A stretch of DNA of 64,000 nucleotides, taken from NCBI GenBank assembly GCA_050951805.1, contig JBMNJT010000002.1, positions 1,024,001 to 1,088,000 on the forward strand, read 5' to 3'. Both the position numbers and the translations under genes were made by a program. This DNA is from Bacillota bacterium. GTDB lineage: Bacteria; Bacillota; DTU025. The notes beneath the pieces were generated by a model that made no database searches, had not been told where the DNA came from, and was given only the letters and a program-made list of their open reading frames with translations. The stretch's first letter is position 1; every line of letters starts with the position of its first letter. Below, piece after piece: positions 15,516 to 25,559 of this stretch.

Positions 15516-18500
15516 TTGTATCTGAAACAGCTCTCTCTGTTCGGCTTCAAGTCATTTGCGAGCAGAGTGGACTTGGATTTTTCGCCTGGGCTCACGGGAG
15601 TTGTCGGGCCCAATGGTGTTGGAAAGAGCAATATTGCCGATGCCCTCAGATGGGCTTTGGGTGAGCAAAGCCCGCGAATCCTTCGTGGGTCGCGAATGCA
15701 GGACGTTATCTTCGCTGGAACTGAAAGCAGGAAACCCCTTGGCTATGCAGAGGTTACTCTTGTATTCGATAATTCAGATGACTTTCTGAACCTGGGGTTT
15801 ACTGAGGTCACGGTCACAAGAAGGCTTTTCCGATCCGGAGAATCGGAGTATGTATTGAACGGAGTTCCATGTCGGCTCAGGGACATAATCGATCTTTTCT
15901 CCGGGACTGGTCTGGGAAAAGACTCTTACTCTGTAGTAGAGCAGAGCAAGATCGACATCATATTGTCCGACCGCTCGCAGGACAGACGGGCCATTTTCGA
16001 CGAAGCTTCTGGAATCATGAAGTATCGTGCACGGAGGCGGGAAGCTGAACGAAAGCTGGTGGAGGTGCGCGCTGACCAGCTCAGGGTCGGAGATCTAGTT
16101 GCTGAACTCGGTAGGCAGCTGCCTGTCCTTCGGAACCAGGCGGAGGAGGCAGAACGCTGGCGCGAGCTTACCGAAAGGCTTACCCGACTGGAGATAGACC
16201 TTCTCTGCCACGATCTCAAGAGGCTCTCGCTTCGTCGCCTCGACAGTGCGTCACGAATAGATGACCTTGAAAGGCGAGAACATGAGTGTGCCGCCGAGTC
16301 CGCCCAATGCGAGGCTGTGCTGGAGTCGGCAAAAACTAGGGCAATGCAAGCTGACTTGGCTGTGGAGACGCTACATGTTGCGGCAGGTCAGGCTGCTGCG
16401 GCTTCTGAGAGGGAAAGCGGTAGACTCAAGCTTGCCCAGGAGAGGAAGCGAACTCTCCTGGAACGTTCTCAGGAGATCGCAGCGGCGCGCGAGGCGGAAG
16501 AGGGAAAACACGCCAGGTTGGAAAATGAATTTGCGCTGTTGCAAGGTCAGGTTGATGCCGCAGGTCTTGAGGGGCGCGATGTCATGGAGCAAGCTGATGC
16601 ATCGCGGAGACGGTTGGCAGAGGCGTCCAAGGCTCGAGCTGACGCTGAAGCAAGGGTTGAGGAGGCAAAATCGGACCTTTTTGACGCTTTGGCTTTGGAA
16701 TCTGACTTGAGATCGCGCATTGGCGCTATTGAGTCGTCGAAGCGGTCGAACGAAGCTCGGTTGGCGCGTTTGATACAACAAGCCCAGGAGAAGGCTGTAG
16801 CTCAGGATAGCGCCAGGCGTGAGACCGATGATCTTTTCTCGGAATTAGAACGGCTCCGGGGCGATCTTGAAAAGGCGGAGAGGGAGGCTGCGGAGGCCAA
16901 GGTATTATATGAGCGTGCCATGGAAGCTGCGGAATCCGTTTCGGAGCGTGCCATGGAGGCCGAGGCGAAGGTTTCGTCGGCAGCTGCCGCGCACTCCAGT
17001 ATAGATGCGCTACAGAGGCAGTATGAGGGATACGGCCGCGCAGTTCGCGCGCTTTTGGCTGGTGATAACGGGCGGGCTATGGGCCTTGCGGGCACTGTTT
17101 CGGATCTAATTCGCGTCCCGAAGGAATACGAGATCGCTATTGAAGCAGCATTGGGCCCTTCAGTCCAGAACATAGTGGCATCCACCTCTGAAGGGGCGGA
17201 GCGAGCTGTGGAGTTTCTCAAGAAAAACCGTGCCGGACGCGCTACCTTTCTTCCGCTGGACATCTTGAAGCCTTCCCCCATTTCTTCGGCGCAGCTTCCT
17301 GTGGCTGAGTCCGGAATTGTCGGGCTTGCGGCTGATCTTGTGGAATCGGCGCCCATCTACCGAAAGGTGGTTGAGTACCTTCTCGGACGCGTAGTAGTGG
17401 TGAGAGACTTGGGATGCGGCATCCGGCTTGCCAAAAGCGGGCTGAGGTGTCGCATGGTGACTTTGGACGGAGACATCATCTCCGCCGGAGGCGCCATAAC
17501 GGGCGGAGAGGCACCTGATAGGCGCGGGGGACTGCTTGCGCGGTCCAGACGGCTTGAAGAGCTTGCTGCCGAACTCGAGAGTGCGAGGGCAGAGAGCGCC
17601 AGTATGCATAGGCTCAAGGACGAGGCTGTGGCAGAAGCCGGCGCTCTCAGGTTGGTGTGGGAGGAGAATGAACGCAATAAGGCGACTCTCGAGTCGGTCC
17701 TGAGCAATGTCGTTCAGAAAATAAGATTGGCAGAGGCTGAGCTTTCTCGGTTCGCAGACGAGCTTGAGACTGTGGAACTTGAAGCTGAGATAGTACGCAG
17801 GGAGATTGATGCGTTGACTGAGGAGGCGAAGAGCCTTGCTCAACAGTTGTCAGGGTCTGAGGCCCGTCGAAAGAAACTAGAAGAGTCATTGGAAGCATTA
17901 GCCGAGTCCGCGGCCGGCTTGAAGAAAGATGAATCACGAGAGGCAGAGCGCTACTCGGAGCTGGCGCAGGAGGCGGCTACTTACCGCGAGAGGCTGTCGG
18001 GGCTTAAGGCCGCTCTGCTCAAAGCCGAGGAGCAACTGATGTCCCATAACGAAGAGCTTGCTAGGCTCCGGAACGAGGAGAATAGAGTTTGTCAGGAAGC
18101 AACTGACGCCGCTGCGCAGATTGAGGCTATTGGGGAAGCGGCTGCGGCTCTTGCGCAGGAGTATTCTAAAGCCCAGCGTCTGCTCGACGAGGGCCGTGAG
18201 GAGCGGGCGAAGGCAGCTGCTGATGTCAATGAGGGCGAGTTGGCAGCGCGTGTGGCCCGGAAACGGCACCAAGAGGTGGCTGAGAAACTGAACGGGGCTA
18301 GAATAGAAGGGGCGCGGATTGCAGCGGAATACGAGGCATGTGTTGAACGGCTGGCTTCTGCCTATTCCATATCTGAAGAGGAAGGACTTGCCAGAGATGT
18401 TGCAATTCAGTCTAGGGCCGGGGTGCAGGCAGAGATCGCGCAACTGCGTGCCGAGATCACTGAAATCGGTCCGGTTAACCACACCGCCATTGAGGAAAGC

Positions 18501-19070
18501 CGCAAGCTTGCTGAGAGGCACGGCTTCTTGGAAACTCAATTGAAGGACCTGGAGGCTGCGCAGGCTTCACTCGATGAGGTAGTTCGGGAATGCGAGCTTA
18601 CATGTGAGAAGAGATTCCTTGAGACGTTCGAGGCGGTCAGATCGGAGTTTGCCGACATATTCACCGACATATTCGGCGGTGGAACCGCCGACCTTGTTCT
18701 TGATGATCCTGACAATCCTCTTGAGTGTGGGATCGATATAGTATGTCAGCCTCCGGGCAAGAAACTCTCCAGCCTTTCTCTAATGTCAAGGGGCGAAAGG
18801 TCGCTGGTTGCCATTGCCCTGTTGTTTGCGATCATGAGAGTGAATCCGAGCCCAGTCTGTCTCCTAGACGAGATCGATTCGGCGCTCGACGAGGCTAACC
18901 TAATACGGTTTGCCCAGTTGCTCAAGACGACATCCGAGGACGTGCAGGTAATTATTGTGACCCACAGAAAACGGACCATGGAGTGTGCTGACGCGCTGTT
19001 TGGCGTGACAATGGAAGAGTCGGGAGTGTCGAAGGTCTTCTCGATTCGAACGGATCAGCAGGTCAGCTAG
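15516..19070 (+). CDS. smc: Chromosome segregation protein SMC
   Basis: GFKSFA, GPNGVGKSN, coiled coils, hinge GRATFLPL/VTLDG...GG.I.GG, and LLDEIDSALD; the signature reads MSRGE. Confidence 0.97.
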   Translation: MYLKQLSLFGFKSFASRVDLDFSPGLTGVVGPNGVGKSNIADALRWALGEQSPRILRGSRMQDVIFAGTESRKPLGYAEVTLVFDNSDDFLNLGFTEVTVTRRLFRSGESEYVLNGVPCRLRDIIDLFSGTGLGKDSYSVVEQSKIDIILSDRSQDRRAIFDEASGIMKYRARRREAERKLVEVRADQLRVGDLVAELGRQLPVLRNQAEEAERWRELTERLTRLEIDLLCHDLKRLSLRRLDSASRIDDLERREHECAAESAQCEAVLESAKTRAMQADLAVETLHVAAGQAAAASERESGRLKLAQERKRTLLERSQEIAAAREAEEGKHARLENEFALLQGQVDAAGLEGRDVMEQADASRRRLAEASKARADAEARVEEAKSDLFDALALESDLRSRIGAIESSKRSNEARLARLIQQAQEKAVAQDSARRETDDLFSELERLRGDLEKAEREAAEAKVLYERAMEAAESVSERAMEAEAKVSSAAAAHSSIDALQRQYEGYGRAVRALLAGDNGRAMGLAGTVSDLIRVPKEYEIAIEAALGPSVQNIVASTSEGAERAVEFLKKNRAGRATFLPLDILKPSPISSAQLPVAESGIVGLAADLVESAPIYRKVVEYLLGRVVVVRDLGCGIRLAKSGLRCRMVTLDGDIISAGGAITGGEAPDRRGGLLARSRRLEELAAELESARAESASMHRLKDEAVAEAGALRLVWEENERNKATLESVLSNVVQKIRLAEAELSRFADELETVELEAEIVRREIDALTEEAKSLAQQLSGSEARRKKLEESLEALAESAAGLKKDESREAERYSELAQEAATYRERLSGLKAALLKAEEQLMSHNEELARLRNEENRVCQEATDAAAQIEAIGEAAAALAQEYSKAQRLLDEGREERAKAAADVNEGELAARVARKRHQEVAEKLNGARIEGARIAAEYEACVERLASAYSISEEEGLARDVAIQSRAGVQAEIAQLRAEITEIGPVNHTAIEESRKLAERHGFLETQLKDLEAAQASLDEVVRECELTCEKRFLETFEAVRSEFADIFTDIFGGGTADLVLDDPDNPLECGIDIVCQPPGKKLSSLSLMSRGERSLVAIALLFAIMRVNPSPVCLLDEIDSALDEANLIRFAQLLKTTSEDVQVIIVTHRKRTMECADALFGVTMEESGVSKVFSIRTDQQVS

Positions 19071-19082
19071 GGGCATGGAGGT

Positions 19083-20045
19083 ATGTCAATGTCACCGTCA
19101 TTTTTCTCAAACCTTTGGAGTGGACTCGCAAAGACGAGGGATGCCATTATCGATCCGATCGAGGCCTTATTCTCCAAGAAGAAGGTCATAGACGAGGAGA
19201 CCCTTGAGGAGTTGGAGGCAGTTCTCATACAGGCAGACCTGGGCGTTGCAGCGACCACTGCGATAATCAACAAAATGCGGGAATCCGGTTCGCGTGGAGA
19301 GCAGGTCGATGCCGACGGGGCCGTGGCCTTGATAGAGCAGGAGCTCATCTCGATACTTGGCGAAAGGACCGCGCCTCTTGCAAGGGCTGACGAGCCACCG
19401 ACCGTAGTGATGGTGGTCGGGGTCAATGGGACGGGAAAGACTACATCGATAGGGAAGATAGCGTCCATGTTGGCTCATGAGGGGAACAGAGTGACGCTTG
19501 CTGCAGCTGATACTTTTCGTGCAGCTGCCATAGAACAGTTGGAGGTTTGGGGTAACAGGACTGGGTGCAATGTAGTACGACATCAGGAGGGATCCGATCC
19601 GGCGGCTGTGGCTTTCGATGCCTACCAGGCTGCTCGGGCCCGTGGCTCCGACTACCTGCTTGTTGACACCGCTGGCAGGCTTCACACCAAGAGCAACCTC
19701 ATGGAAGAGTTGAAGAAGATCAAGAGGGTGATCTCGCGGGAGTGCGATGAAGCTCCACATGAAGTCTTGCTCGTAGTTGACGCTACGACAGGACAGAATG
19801 CCATAGCGCAGGCGCGGGTTTTCAATGAGGCGGTGGGAGTCACTGGCGTGGTCTTGACGAAGTTGGACGGAACAGCCAGAGGGGGCATCGTGGTTGCCAT
19901 CAGCCAGGAATTGAACATCCCGGTGAAATATGTAGGAGTAGGTGAAGGGGCGGAAGATCTCAGACCTTTCAGTCCCGAACGGTTTGTTCAGGGGCTTCTT
20001 AGAGCGGACGCAGGTGATGATGGCCGGAAAGGTGCCAAACGCTGA
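19083..20045 (+). CDS. ftsY: SRP receptor FtsY
   Basis: GVNGTGKTTSIGK, DTFRAAA, DTAGRLH and TKLDGTARGG. Confidence 0.97.
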   Translation: MSMSPSFFSNLWSGLAKTRDAIIDPIEALFSKKKVIDEETLEELEAVLIQADLGVAATTAIINKMRESGSRGEQVDADGAVALIEQELISILGERTAPLARADEPPTVVMVVGVNGTGKTTSIGKIASMLAHEGNRVTLAAADTFRAAAIEQLEVWGNRTGCNVVRHQEGSDPAAVAFDAYQAARARGSDYLLVDTAGRLHTKSNLMEELKKIKRVISRECDEAPHEVLLVVDATTGQNAIAQARVFNEAVGVTGVVLTKLDGTARGGIVVAISQELNIPVKYVGVGEGAEDLRPFSPERFVQGLLRADAGDDGRKGAKR

Positions 20046-20067
20046 GTAACTAGCAAGAATACTTTAG

Positions 20068-20250
20068 TCTAAAAGAGCAGCTAGGCTCCGAATTGCGGGC
20101 AATGCAGATCCGGAGATTGCCAGGAAACGTGTTGAGACTTGTTTAGAAGTTGCGGCCCTGCGGGGCCGCTTTCCTTCCGAATTGTGCAGGCGTCCGTCTG
20201 CGTAACCGTACACAGGATTTTGGTCCTTATAGGCACAAGTGGTTTGAAAC
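20068..20250 (+). pseudogene. Possible eroded ABC-transporter ATPase fragment
   Basis: One frame gives PEIARKRVETCLEVAALRGRFPSEL, like the helix before an ABC signature. The next frame gives RILVLIGTSGL, like the Walker-B region ILxLDEPTSGL. Stops, a frameshift and no start. Confidence 0.35.
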
Positions 20251-20354
20251 GCTTGAAGGCGGAATGTCTGCAGGCTGAGTAATCCTGTGCTGCGGCAGTG
20301 AGCATGCTCCTTGATGCTCTGGCGAGCTTCAAAGGTCCATACGCGAAGTCCATA

Positions 20355-20413
20355 TTGACAAGGGTCGCTCATCCCTGTATACTGCGTGGTGTAAAGGTAT
20401 AGACCTTAACACT
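20355..20413 (+). promoter_or_regulatory. SigA promoter and downstream palindrome of the ylxM-ffh operon
   Basis: TTGACA-17 nt-TATACT (20355-20383), then inverted repeat GGTGTAAAGGT-atag-ACCTTAACACT (20388-20413). Confidence 0.75.
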
Positions 20414-20432
20414 TGCAAGGTGGTCGGGGCCG

Positions 20433-20900
20433 ATGCTCGACAAGATGCTCAGGATGGGCGCTCTTCTTGATGTTCATGGTCCTCTGCTTACCGAACACCA
20501 GCGGGAAATGTGCGTGCTCTACTACTTGAACGACTACTCGCTCGCGGAGATATCCGAGCTTTATGGGGTATCCCGACAGGCGGTCCATGACACGCTTGCC
20601 CGTGCGGAGCGTGCGATGGAGGGCCATGAGGAGACCTTCGGTCTTCTCAGAATGGCTGAAGAGAGGCGAAAGCGCGTTGGCGAACTAGATTCCCAGCTGT
20701 CTGATGCCGATTTTCAGCTGGAAATGGCTATGGCAAGCCTCGATGAAGCCGAGCGCAGTGCCCAGCGTCCAAGCGGTCCTGATTTGGCAGGGGTGCGCCG
20801 GAACATCGAGCAGACTATGGAGATCATTGCTTCGGCCCGGCGGCTGGTGGCATCTATCGATTCAGGAGATGGCGGCAGCCCTGGCATGGAAGATGACTAG
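20433..20900 (+). CDS. ylxM: YlxM family SRP-associated HTH protein
   Basis: LLT.HQR...[19 protein letters not shown]; directly upstream of ffh. Confidence 0.93.
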   Translation: MLDKMLRMGALLDVHGPLLTEHQREMCVLYYLNDYSLAEISELYGVSRQAVHDTLARAERAMEGHEETFGLLRMAEERRKRVGELDSQLSDADFQLEMAMASLDEAERSAQRPSGPDLAGVRRNIEQTMEIIASARRLVASIDSGDGGSPGMEDD

Positions 20901-20917
20901 AGGAGGGGCAAGGCATA

Positions 20918-22255
20918 ATGTTCGAGAACCTCTCAGCCCGTCTCCAAGACGTTTTCGGTAACCTGCGGAATCGCGGGCGACTAACTGAAAAGGATGTTGA
21001 TGCGGCTCTCCGTGAAGTTCGGATGGCTTTGCTCGAGGCAGACGTCAACTTCAAGGTGGCCCGTGATTTCACCGCTAGGGTGCGGGAACGCGCGGTCGGA
21101 GAGGAGGTCATGAAGAGCCTCACTCCGGCTCAACAGGTCATCAAGATCGTCATGTCCGAGCTCACTGAACTTATGGGAGGCACGGCGGCAAAGATCAGTT
21201 TTGCGCCCCGTCCTCCGACAGTGATCATGCTTGTAGGCCTGCAGGGATCCGGCAAGACAACTAGCTGCGCAAAGCTGGCAAACCTCCTGCGCAAGCAGGG
21301 GCACAAGCCCTTGCTCGTGGCAGGCGATGTGTATAGACCGGCCGCAATCAAACAGCTTCAGGTGCTCGGAGGTCAACTTGGGATCGAAGTTTTCTCAATG
21401 GGTGACAAGACTGACCCGGTTGACATTGCGGCTGCGGCTGTTGAACGCGGAAAGTCCATGGGATACGACGTCGTAATACTCGACACAGCCGGCAGGCTTC
21501 ATGTTGACGATGAGATGATGGAGGAACTTGGGAGAATCAAGTCCAGAGTCAACCCCACAGAAATCCTGCTGGTGGTTGACGCCATGACCGGTCAGGACGC
21601 GGTCAATGTGGCCTCCATGTTCAACGAGCGCCTGGGAATTGACGGTATCATCATGACGAAACTGGATGGAGATGCTCGGGGCGGTGCGGCGCTTTCTGTC
21701 CGTGCAGTTACGGGAAAACCCATCAAGTTCGTAACCACAGGAGAGAAGCTTGACGCAGTCGAGCAATTCCATCCGGAGCGGATGGCCTCGCGCATCCTTG
21801 GCATGGGCGATGTGCTTACGATAATAGAAAAGGCCCAAGACGCTTTCGATGCTGAACAGGCCATGAAGATGGAAGAAAAACTTCGCAAGCAGGAATTCAC
21901 ACTCGAAGATTTCCTTTCTCAGCTTCAGGACGTTCGGAAAATGGGACCAATCGATCAATTATTGGGAATGATACCCGGGCTGGGGAAATCGAAGGCGCTC
22001 AAGGGCGTAGCCATCGACGAAAAGGATCTTGCGCGGGTGGAGGCGATCGTAAGATCGATGACTCCCGCGGAAAGGCGCAATCCTGGCATCATAGATGGGT
22101 CTCGAAAGCGGAGGATCGCAGCTGGAAGCGGAGTCAGGGTTCAGGACGTCAATGCTCTCCTCAAGCAGTTTGAGCAGACTCGCAAAATGCTGAAACAGTT
22201 CGGAGATGCGGCTAAACGTGGCGGGCCGCCAGCGCGGATGCCGTTCATGCCATAG
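20918..22255 (+). CDS. ffh: Signal recognition particle protein Ffh
   Basis: [33 protein letters not shown] and M domain SRKRRIA.GSG. Confidence 0.98.
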   Translation: MFENLSARLQDVFGNLRNRGRLTEKDVDAALREVRMALLEADVNFKVARDFTARVRERAVGEEVMKSLTPAQQVIKIVMSELTELMGGTAAKISFAPRPPTVIMLVGLQGSGKTTSCAKLANLLRKQGHKPLLVAGDVYRPAAIKQLQVLGGQLGIEVFSMGDKTDPVDIAAAAVERGKSMGYDVVILDTAGRLHVDDEMMEELGRIKSRVNPTEILLVVDAMTGQDAVNVASMFNERLGIDGIIMTKLDGDARGGAALSVRAVTGKPIKFVTTGEKLDAVEQFHPERMASRILGMGDVLTIIEKAQDAFDAEQAMKMEEKLRKQEFTLEDFLSQLQDVRKMGPIDQLLGMIPGLGKSKALKGVAIDEKDLARVEAIVRSMTPAERRNPGIIDGSRKRRIAAGSGVRVQDVNALLKQFEQTRKMLKQFGDAAKRGGPPARMPFMP

Positions 22256-22318
22256 GGGCGTCAGTTCGGTTTAGGCTTTTTGTTCAGTAGTAACCATTCG
22301 GAGGTGCAGTATAAGGAA

Positions 22319-22633
22319 ATGGCTGTTCGTATCAGGCTAACTAGGACGGGAGCAAAAAAGCAACCGCATTACAGGTTGGTAGTGGCTGATTCAAGATCGC
22401 CAAGGGATGGAAGATTCATCGAGATTTTGGGGCATTACAATCCCAGAATGGATCCGCCGGAGCTCGTTGTCGATGTAGACAGGGCTGCGGAGTGGATACG
22501 ACGGGGAGCTCAGCCTTCTGAGACCGCTCGCGCGTTACTGGTCAAGGCAGGTCTCGACATGTCTGGAGCATCCGGAAAAGGAACTCAGTCTGCAGAGGCC
22601 GACGTGGCGCCGGTCGATGCTGCTGAGAACTAA
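22319..22633 (+). CDS. rpsP: 30S ribosomal protein bS16
   Basis: [37 protein letters not shown]. Confidence 0.97.
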   Translation: MAVRIRLTRTGAKKQPHYRLVVADSRSPRDGRFIEILGHYNPRMDPPELVVDVDRAAEWIRRGAQPSETARALLVKAGLDMSGASGKGTQSAEADVAPVDAAEN

Positions 22634-22636
22634 CCG

Positions 22637-22906
22637 GTGATGGAGATGGCAGGAAACAAGAAAAACGAAGGCAGACTGTGTCAACTCGTGACATTTCTCG
22701 CAAAAAACCTTGTAGATGATCCTGAAGAAGTGCGCGTTCGCGAGATTGAAAGCGGTGATTCAGTCATATTCGAGGTATCTGTGGCTCCCGACGACATGGG
22801 TAAGGTAATTGGAAGACACGGGCGTGTGGCACGTGCAATCCGGTCTGTTACAAAGGCCGCTGCCATTAGAGATGGCAAGCGTGTGATGGTGGAAATCGTA
22901 GATTGA
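22637..22906 (+). CDS. khpA: KH-domain RNA-binding protein KhpA (YlqC)
   Basis: LVDDPEEV, DMGKVIGRHGRVARAIR; synteny; exact start uncertain. Confidence 0.92.
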   Translation: MMEMAGNKKNEGRLCQLVTFLAKNLVDDPEEVRVREIESGDSVIFEVSVAPDDMGKVIGRHGRVARAIRSVTKAAAIRDGKRVMVEIVD

Positions 22907-23427
22907 CTCGAAGTGGCGATCAGCTAGTGCTCATAGGGGTAATCATGGGGACGCACGGACTTTGGGGTGAGCTGAGAGTCCGCCCCGAAAATGGCGACCC
23001 CAGACGTTTCTGTGGCATTGATCGCGTTTTCCTCGGACGCGAAAATTGTGCCGATTTTCAGGAGCGCAAAGTGATATCGGAGCGCGCCCATGGCGAGGCT
23101 TCGCTGGTGCTCCTCGAAGGCGTGGAGGATGTGGAAACCGGAAAACTGCTTAAAGGTTTCGGCCTTTATCTGCCCGTGGAGGAACTGCCTGAGTTGCCTG
23201 AAGACGAATTCTACGCATTTGATCTGGTCGGCCTCGGCGTCTATGCTAAGACAGGAGAACGCCTGGGCATCGTGAAGGAAGTAATCGAATTGCCGGCCAA
23301 TGATGTTTTCGTGGTAAGGCCTGATTCGGGGCGGGAATTCTTGGTGCCGGCGGTTGGGGACATTGTCTGCGAGATCGATGTCGCAGAAAGGCGTATGATC
23401 ATAGACGATAGGCCTGGTTTGCGCTGA
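22903..23427 (+). CDS. rimM: Ribosome maturation factor RimM
   Basis: IG.I.GTHGL.GE, LPEDEFY..DLVG, ANDV.VV and LVP.V. Confidence 0.94.
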   Translation: MTRSGDQLVLIGVIMGTHGLWGELRVRPENGDPRRFCGIDRVFLGRENCADFQERKVISERAHGEASLVLLEGVEDVETGKLLKGFGLYLPVEELPELPEDEFYAFDLVGLGVYAKTGERLGIVKEVIELPANDVFVVRPDSGREFLVPAVGDIVCEIDVAERRMIIDDRPGLR

Positions 23428-23497
23428 TGCCAATAGTAATCTTGCATGGGCGCCTGTCGATGCGGGATGGATTGAGCATGGGTAGGTGATTCGGAAC

Positions 23498-24241
23498 GTG
23501 GAAATCGATATCCTGACGATTTTTCCGGGGATGTTCTATGGGCCACTGTCTGAAAGCATCCTAGGGCGCGCGCAGGAAAAGGGGATTCTCACTGTCCGAA
23601 TTCACGACATTCGCGATTTTTCTACCAATCGGCACCGTGTTGTAGACGATTACCCGTTCGGCGGTGGACCTGGAATGGTCATGAAAGCGGAGCCGATTGC
23701 TGCAGCCGTCGAACATGCCCTTGCTGCACGCGTGCAGGCCAAGGAGAGCCGGTCAAGGGTGATCATGACTACGCCCGCAGGCTCGACATTCTCGCAAGAC
23801 ATGGCCAAGGGGTTTGCGTCTTGTGATCATCTGGTAATCATCTGTGGGCATTATGAGGGCGTTGACGAGCGTGTGATGAGCCTGGTAACGGACAGGGTGT
23901 CTATAGGCGACTACGTGCTCACTGGCGGAGAGCTCCCTGCCATGGTCATCGTTGATGCCACGGCTAGGCTACTTCCCGGCGTCTTGGGGGACGAGGAAAG
24001 CGCCTCGGCTGATTCGTTTTGGGATGGGATTCTCGACTATCCTCATTACACTCGACCGAGGGTTTGGCGTGGGCATGAAGTTCCCGACGTGTTGCTTTCC
24101 GGAGACCATGAGAGAATAAGGAAATGGCGCCGAAAACAGGCGCTTAAGGTTACATTGGAGCAGCGCCCGGATCTTCTCAGTCAAGTCGAGCTGACCGATG
24201 AAGATGTGGAGTTGCTCAAGCAAGTCATGGAGGATGGCTAA
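23498..24241 (+). CDS. trmD: tRNA (guanine37-N1)-methyltransferase
   Basis: ILTIFP, VDDYPFGGGPGMVM, CGHYEGVDER, SIGDYVLTGGE and YTRP; SD AGGTGA supports GTG 23498. Confidence 0.97.
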   Translation: MEIDILTIFPGMFYGPLSESILGRAQEKGILTVRIHDIRDFSTNRHRVVDDYPFGGGPGMVMKAEPIAAAVEHALAARVQAKESRSRVIMTTPAGSTFSQDMAKGFASCDHLVIICGHYEGVDERVMSLVTDRVSIGDYVLTGGELPAMVIVDATARLLPGVLGDEESASADSFWDGILDYPHYTRPRVWRGHEVPDVLLSGDHERIRKWRRKQALKVTLEQRPDLLSQVELTDEDVELLKQVMEDG

Positions 24242-24337
24242 TAACGGTTCCGGTTGGCAGTCGGTCTTCCTTGATGAGCGCAGTTGCATTATGGTATACT
24301 GACGTTTGTCGAAAACCCGTTGAGGAGTGGGATAGAA

Positions 24338-24685
24338 GTGAACATCATCGATACAATCGAGCGCGAGCAGATGCGTTCCGACCTCCCTGACTTCGGCCCT
24401 GGGGATACAGTCAGAGTGCACGTTCGCGTTGTGGAAGGCGCCCGCGAGCGCATACAGGTCTTCGAGGGTGTTGTAATAGGTAGAAGCGGAAGTGGCCTGT
24501 CCGAGACTTTTACTGTGAGAAAAATGTCATCTGGGATCGGGGTTGAGAGGATCTTTCCGGTTCACTCCCCTAAGATAGACAAAGTAGAAGTAGTCAGGCA
24601 AGGCGATGTGCGTAAGGCGAAACTGTATTACATCCGCGGTCGCGTCGGGAAGAGGGCTAGGATTCGGGAGAAGAGGCAGCACTAG
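24338..24685 (+). CDS. rplS: 50S ribosomal protein bL19
   Basis: [40 protein letters not shown] and AKLYY.R. Confidence 0.97.
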   Translation: MNIIDTIEREQMRSDLPDFGPGDTVRVHVRVVEGARERIQVFEGVVIGRSGSGLSETFTVRKMSSGIGVERIFPVHSPKIDKVEVVRQGDVRKAKLYYIRGRVGKRARIREKRQH

Positions 24686-24757
24686 TGACAGACTCGCCGC
24701 GCTTGACATGGCGGCTGATTTGACTAGCCGTGGGTCGCGCGAGGAGGTTATGAACGC

Positions 24758-25492
24758 ATGAGCAATTCTCCCCGAAAAAGAATGGAACCTCGGTTGAGCC
24801 ACACCGAAGCTGGCCTGGATCGGGAGGCGAGCGACGTCGATTCCCAAAGCCAGGGCAATGGATCCGTGCTGGACGAGGTTCTCCCCTGTGAAGGGCATGA
24901 GGAGACGCGTTCGACGGGATCCGTGATCATGGAGTATGTCAACGCATGTATCGTTGCTGTGGTTCTGGCGGCTTTCATCATGACTTTCGTTGCCAGATCA
25001 TTTGTGGTTCAAGGAAGCTCCATGGAGCCTACTTTGTATAATGGCGAGAGGCTCCTAGTTAACAGGTTCATCTACAGATTCCGCGAACCACAGCGTGGGG
25101 ACATTATCGTATTTCGGTATCCCCAAGACCCGCGACAGATGTTCATCAAGCGTGTCATAGGTGTCCCCGGAGATGAGCTTATGATCAGCGGGGGCATGGT
25201 TTACGTAAATGGAACAGGTTTGAATGAACCATATATAGCCGAGCCTTCTACTAGGGAGTACGGCCCGGCCCTTGTCCCAACGAAGAGAGTGTTCGTACTA
25301 GGGGACAATAGGAACAATAGTCAAGACAGCACTGATGATTCTGTAGGCATGGTGCCCTTTGGCAGCATCCAAGGGAAGGCGTTTGTGGTGTATTGGCCGG
25401 TGGATCGAATTAGAACGCTTAAGAATCCAACTTGCCTGGAGGCGATCGGAACTCCAGAATCCGGCATGGCTGCGGCGCCGGGCATGCCTTGA
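24758..25492 (+). CDS. lepB: Signal peptidase I
   Basis: TM helix, SSMEPTL (catalytic Ser), IKRVIG.PGD (Lys) and GDNRNNS.DS. Confidence 0.95.
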   Translation: MSNSPRKRMEPRLSHTEAGLDREASDVDSQSQGNGSVLDEVLPCEGHEETRSTGSVIMEYVNACIVAVVLAAFIMTFVARSFVVQGSSMEPTLYNGERLLVNRFIYRFREPQRGDIIVFRYPQDPRQMFIKRVIGVPGDELMISGGMVYVNGTGLNEPYIAEPSTREYGPALVPTKRVFVLGDNRNNSQDSTDDSVGMVPFGSIQGKAFVVYWPVDRIRTLKNPTCLEAIGTPESGMAAAPGMP

Positions 25493-25505
25493 TGGCAATG
25501 CGCAT

Positions 25506-25547
25506 CGCCGGGACGGATGCTCTCCGGGCCCGGCGTTATTTTATTTT
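25506..25547 (+). terminator. Terminator-like hairpin after lepB
   Basis: CGCCGGG.CGGA...TCCG..CCCGGCG followed by TTATTTTATTTT. Confidence 0.5.
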
Positions 25548-25559
25548 GGAGGAATTGCA

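Noticed and set aside
16870-16970. Short direct repeat GAGCGTGCCATGGA inside smc
   Set aside because: Encodes repeated ERAME in the coiled coil; two copies only, not a CRISPR or mobile repeat
20046-20354. SRP RNA (ffs) candidate between ftsY and ylxM-ffh
   Set aside because: The SRP domain IV motif (CAGG..GNRA..AGCAG) is not visible on either strand
20064-20372. Minus-strand 102-aa and 90-aa ORFs in the ftsY-ylxM spacer
   Set aside because: No SD or family resemblance, and the longer one overlaps the ylxM promoter
24242-24337. L19 leader RNA upstream of rplS
   Set aside because: I could not identify the conserved leader hairpin with confidence; only a weak promoter-like TTGATG...TATACT is visible
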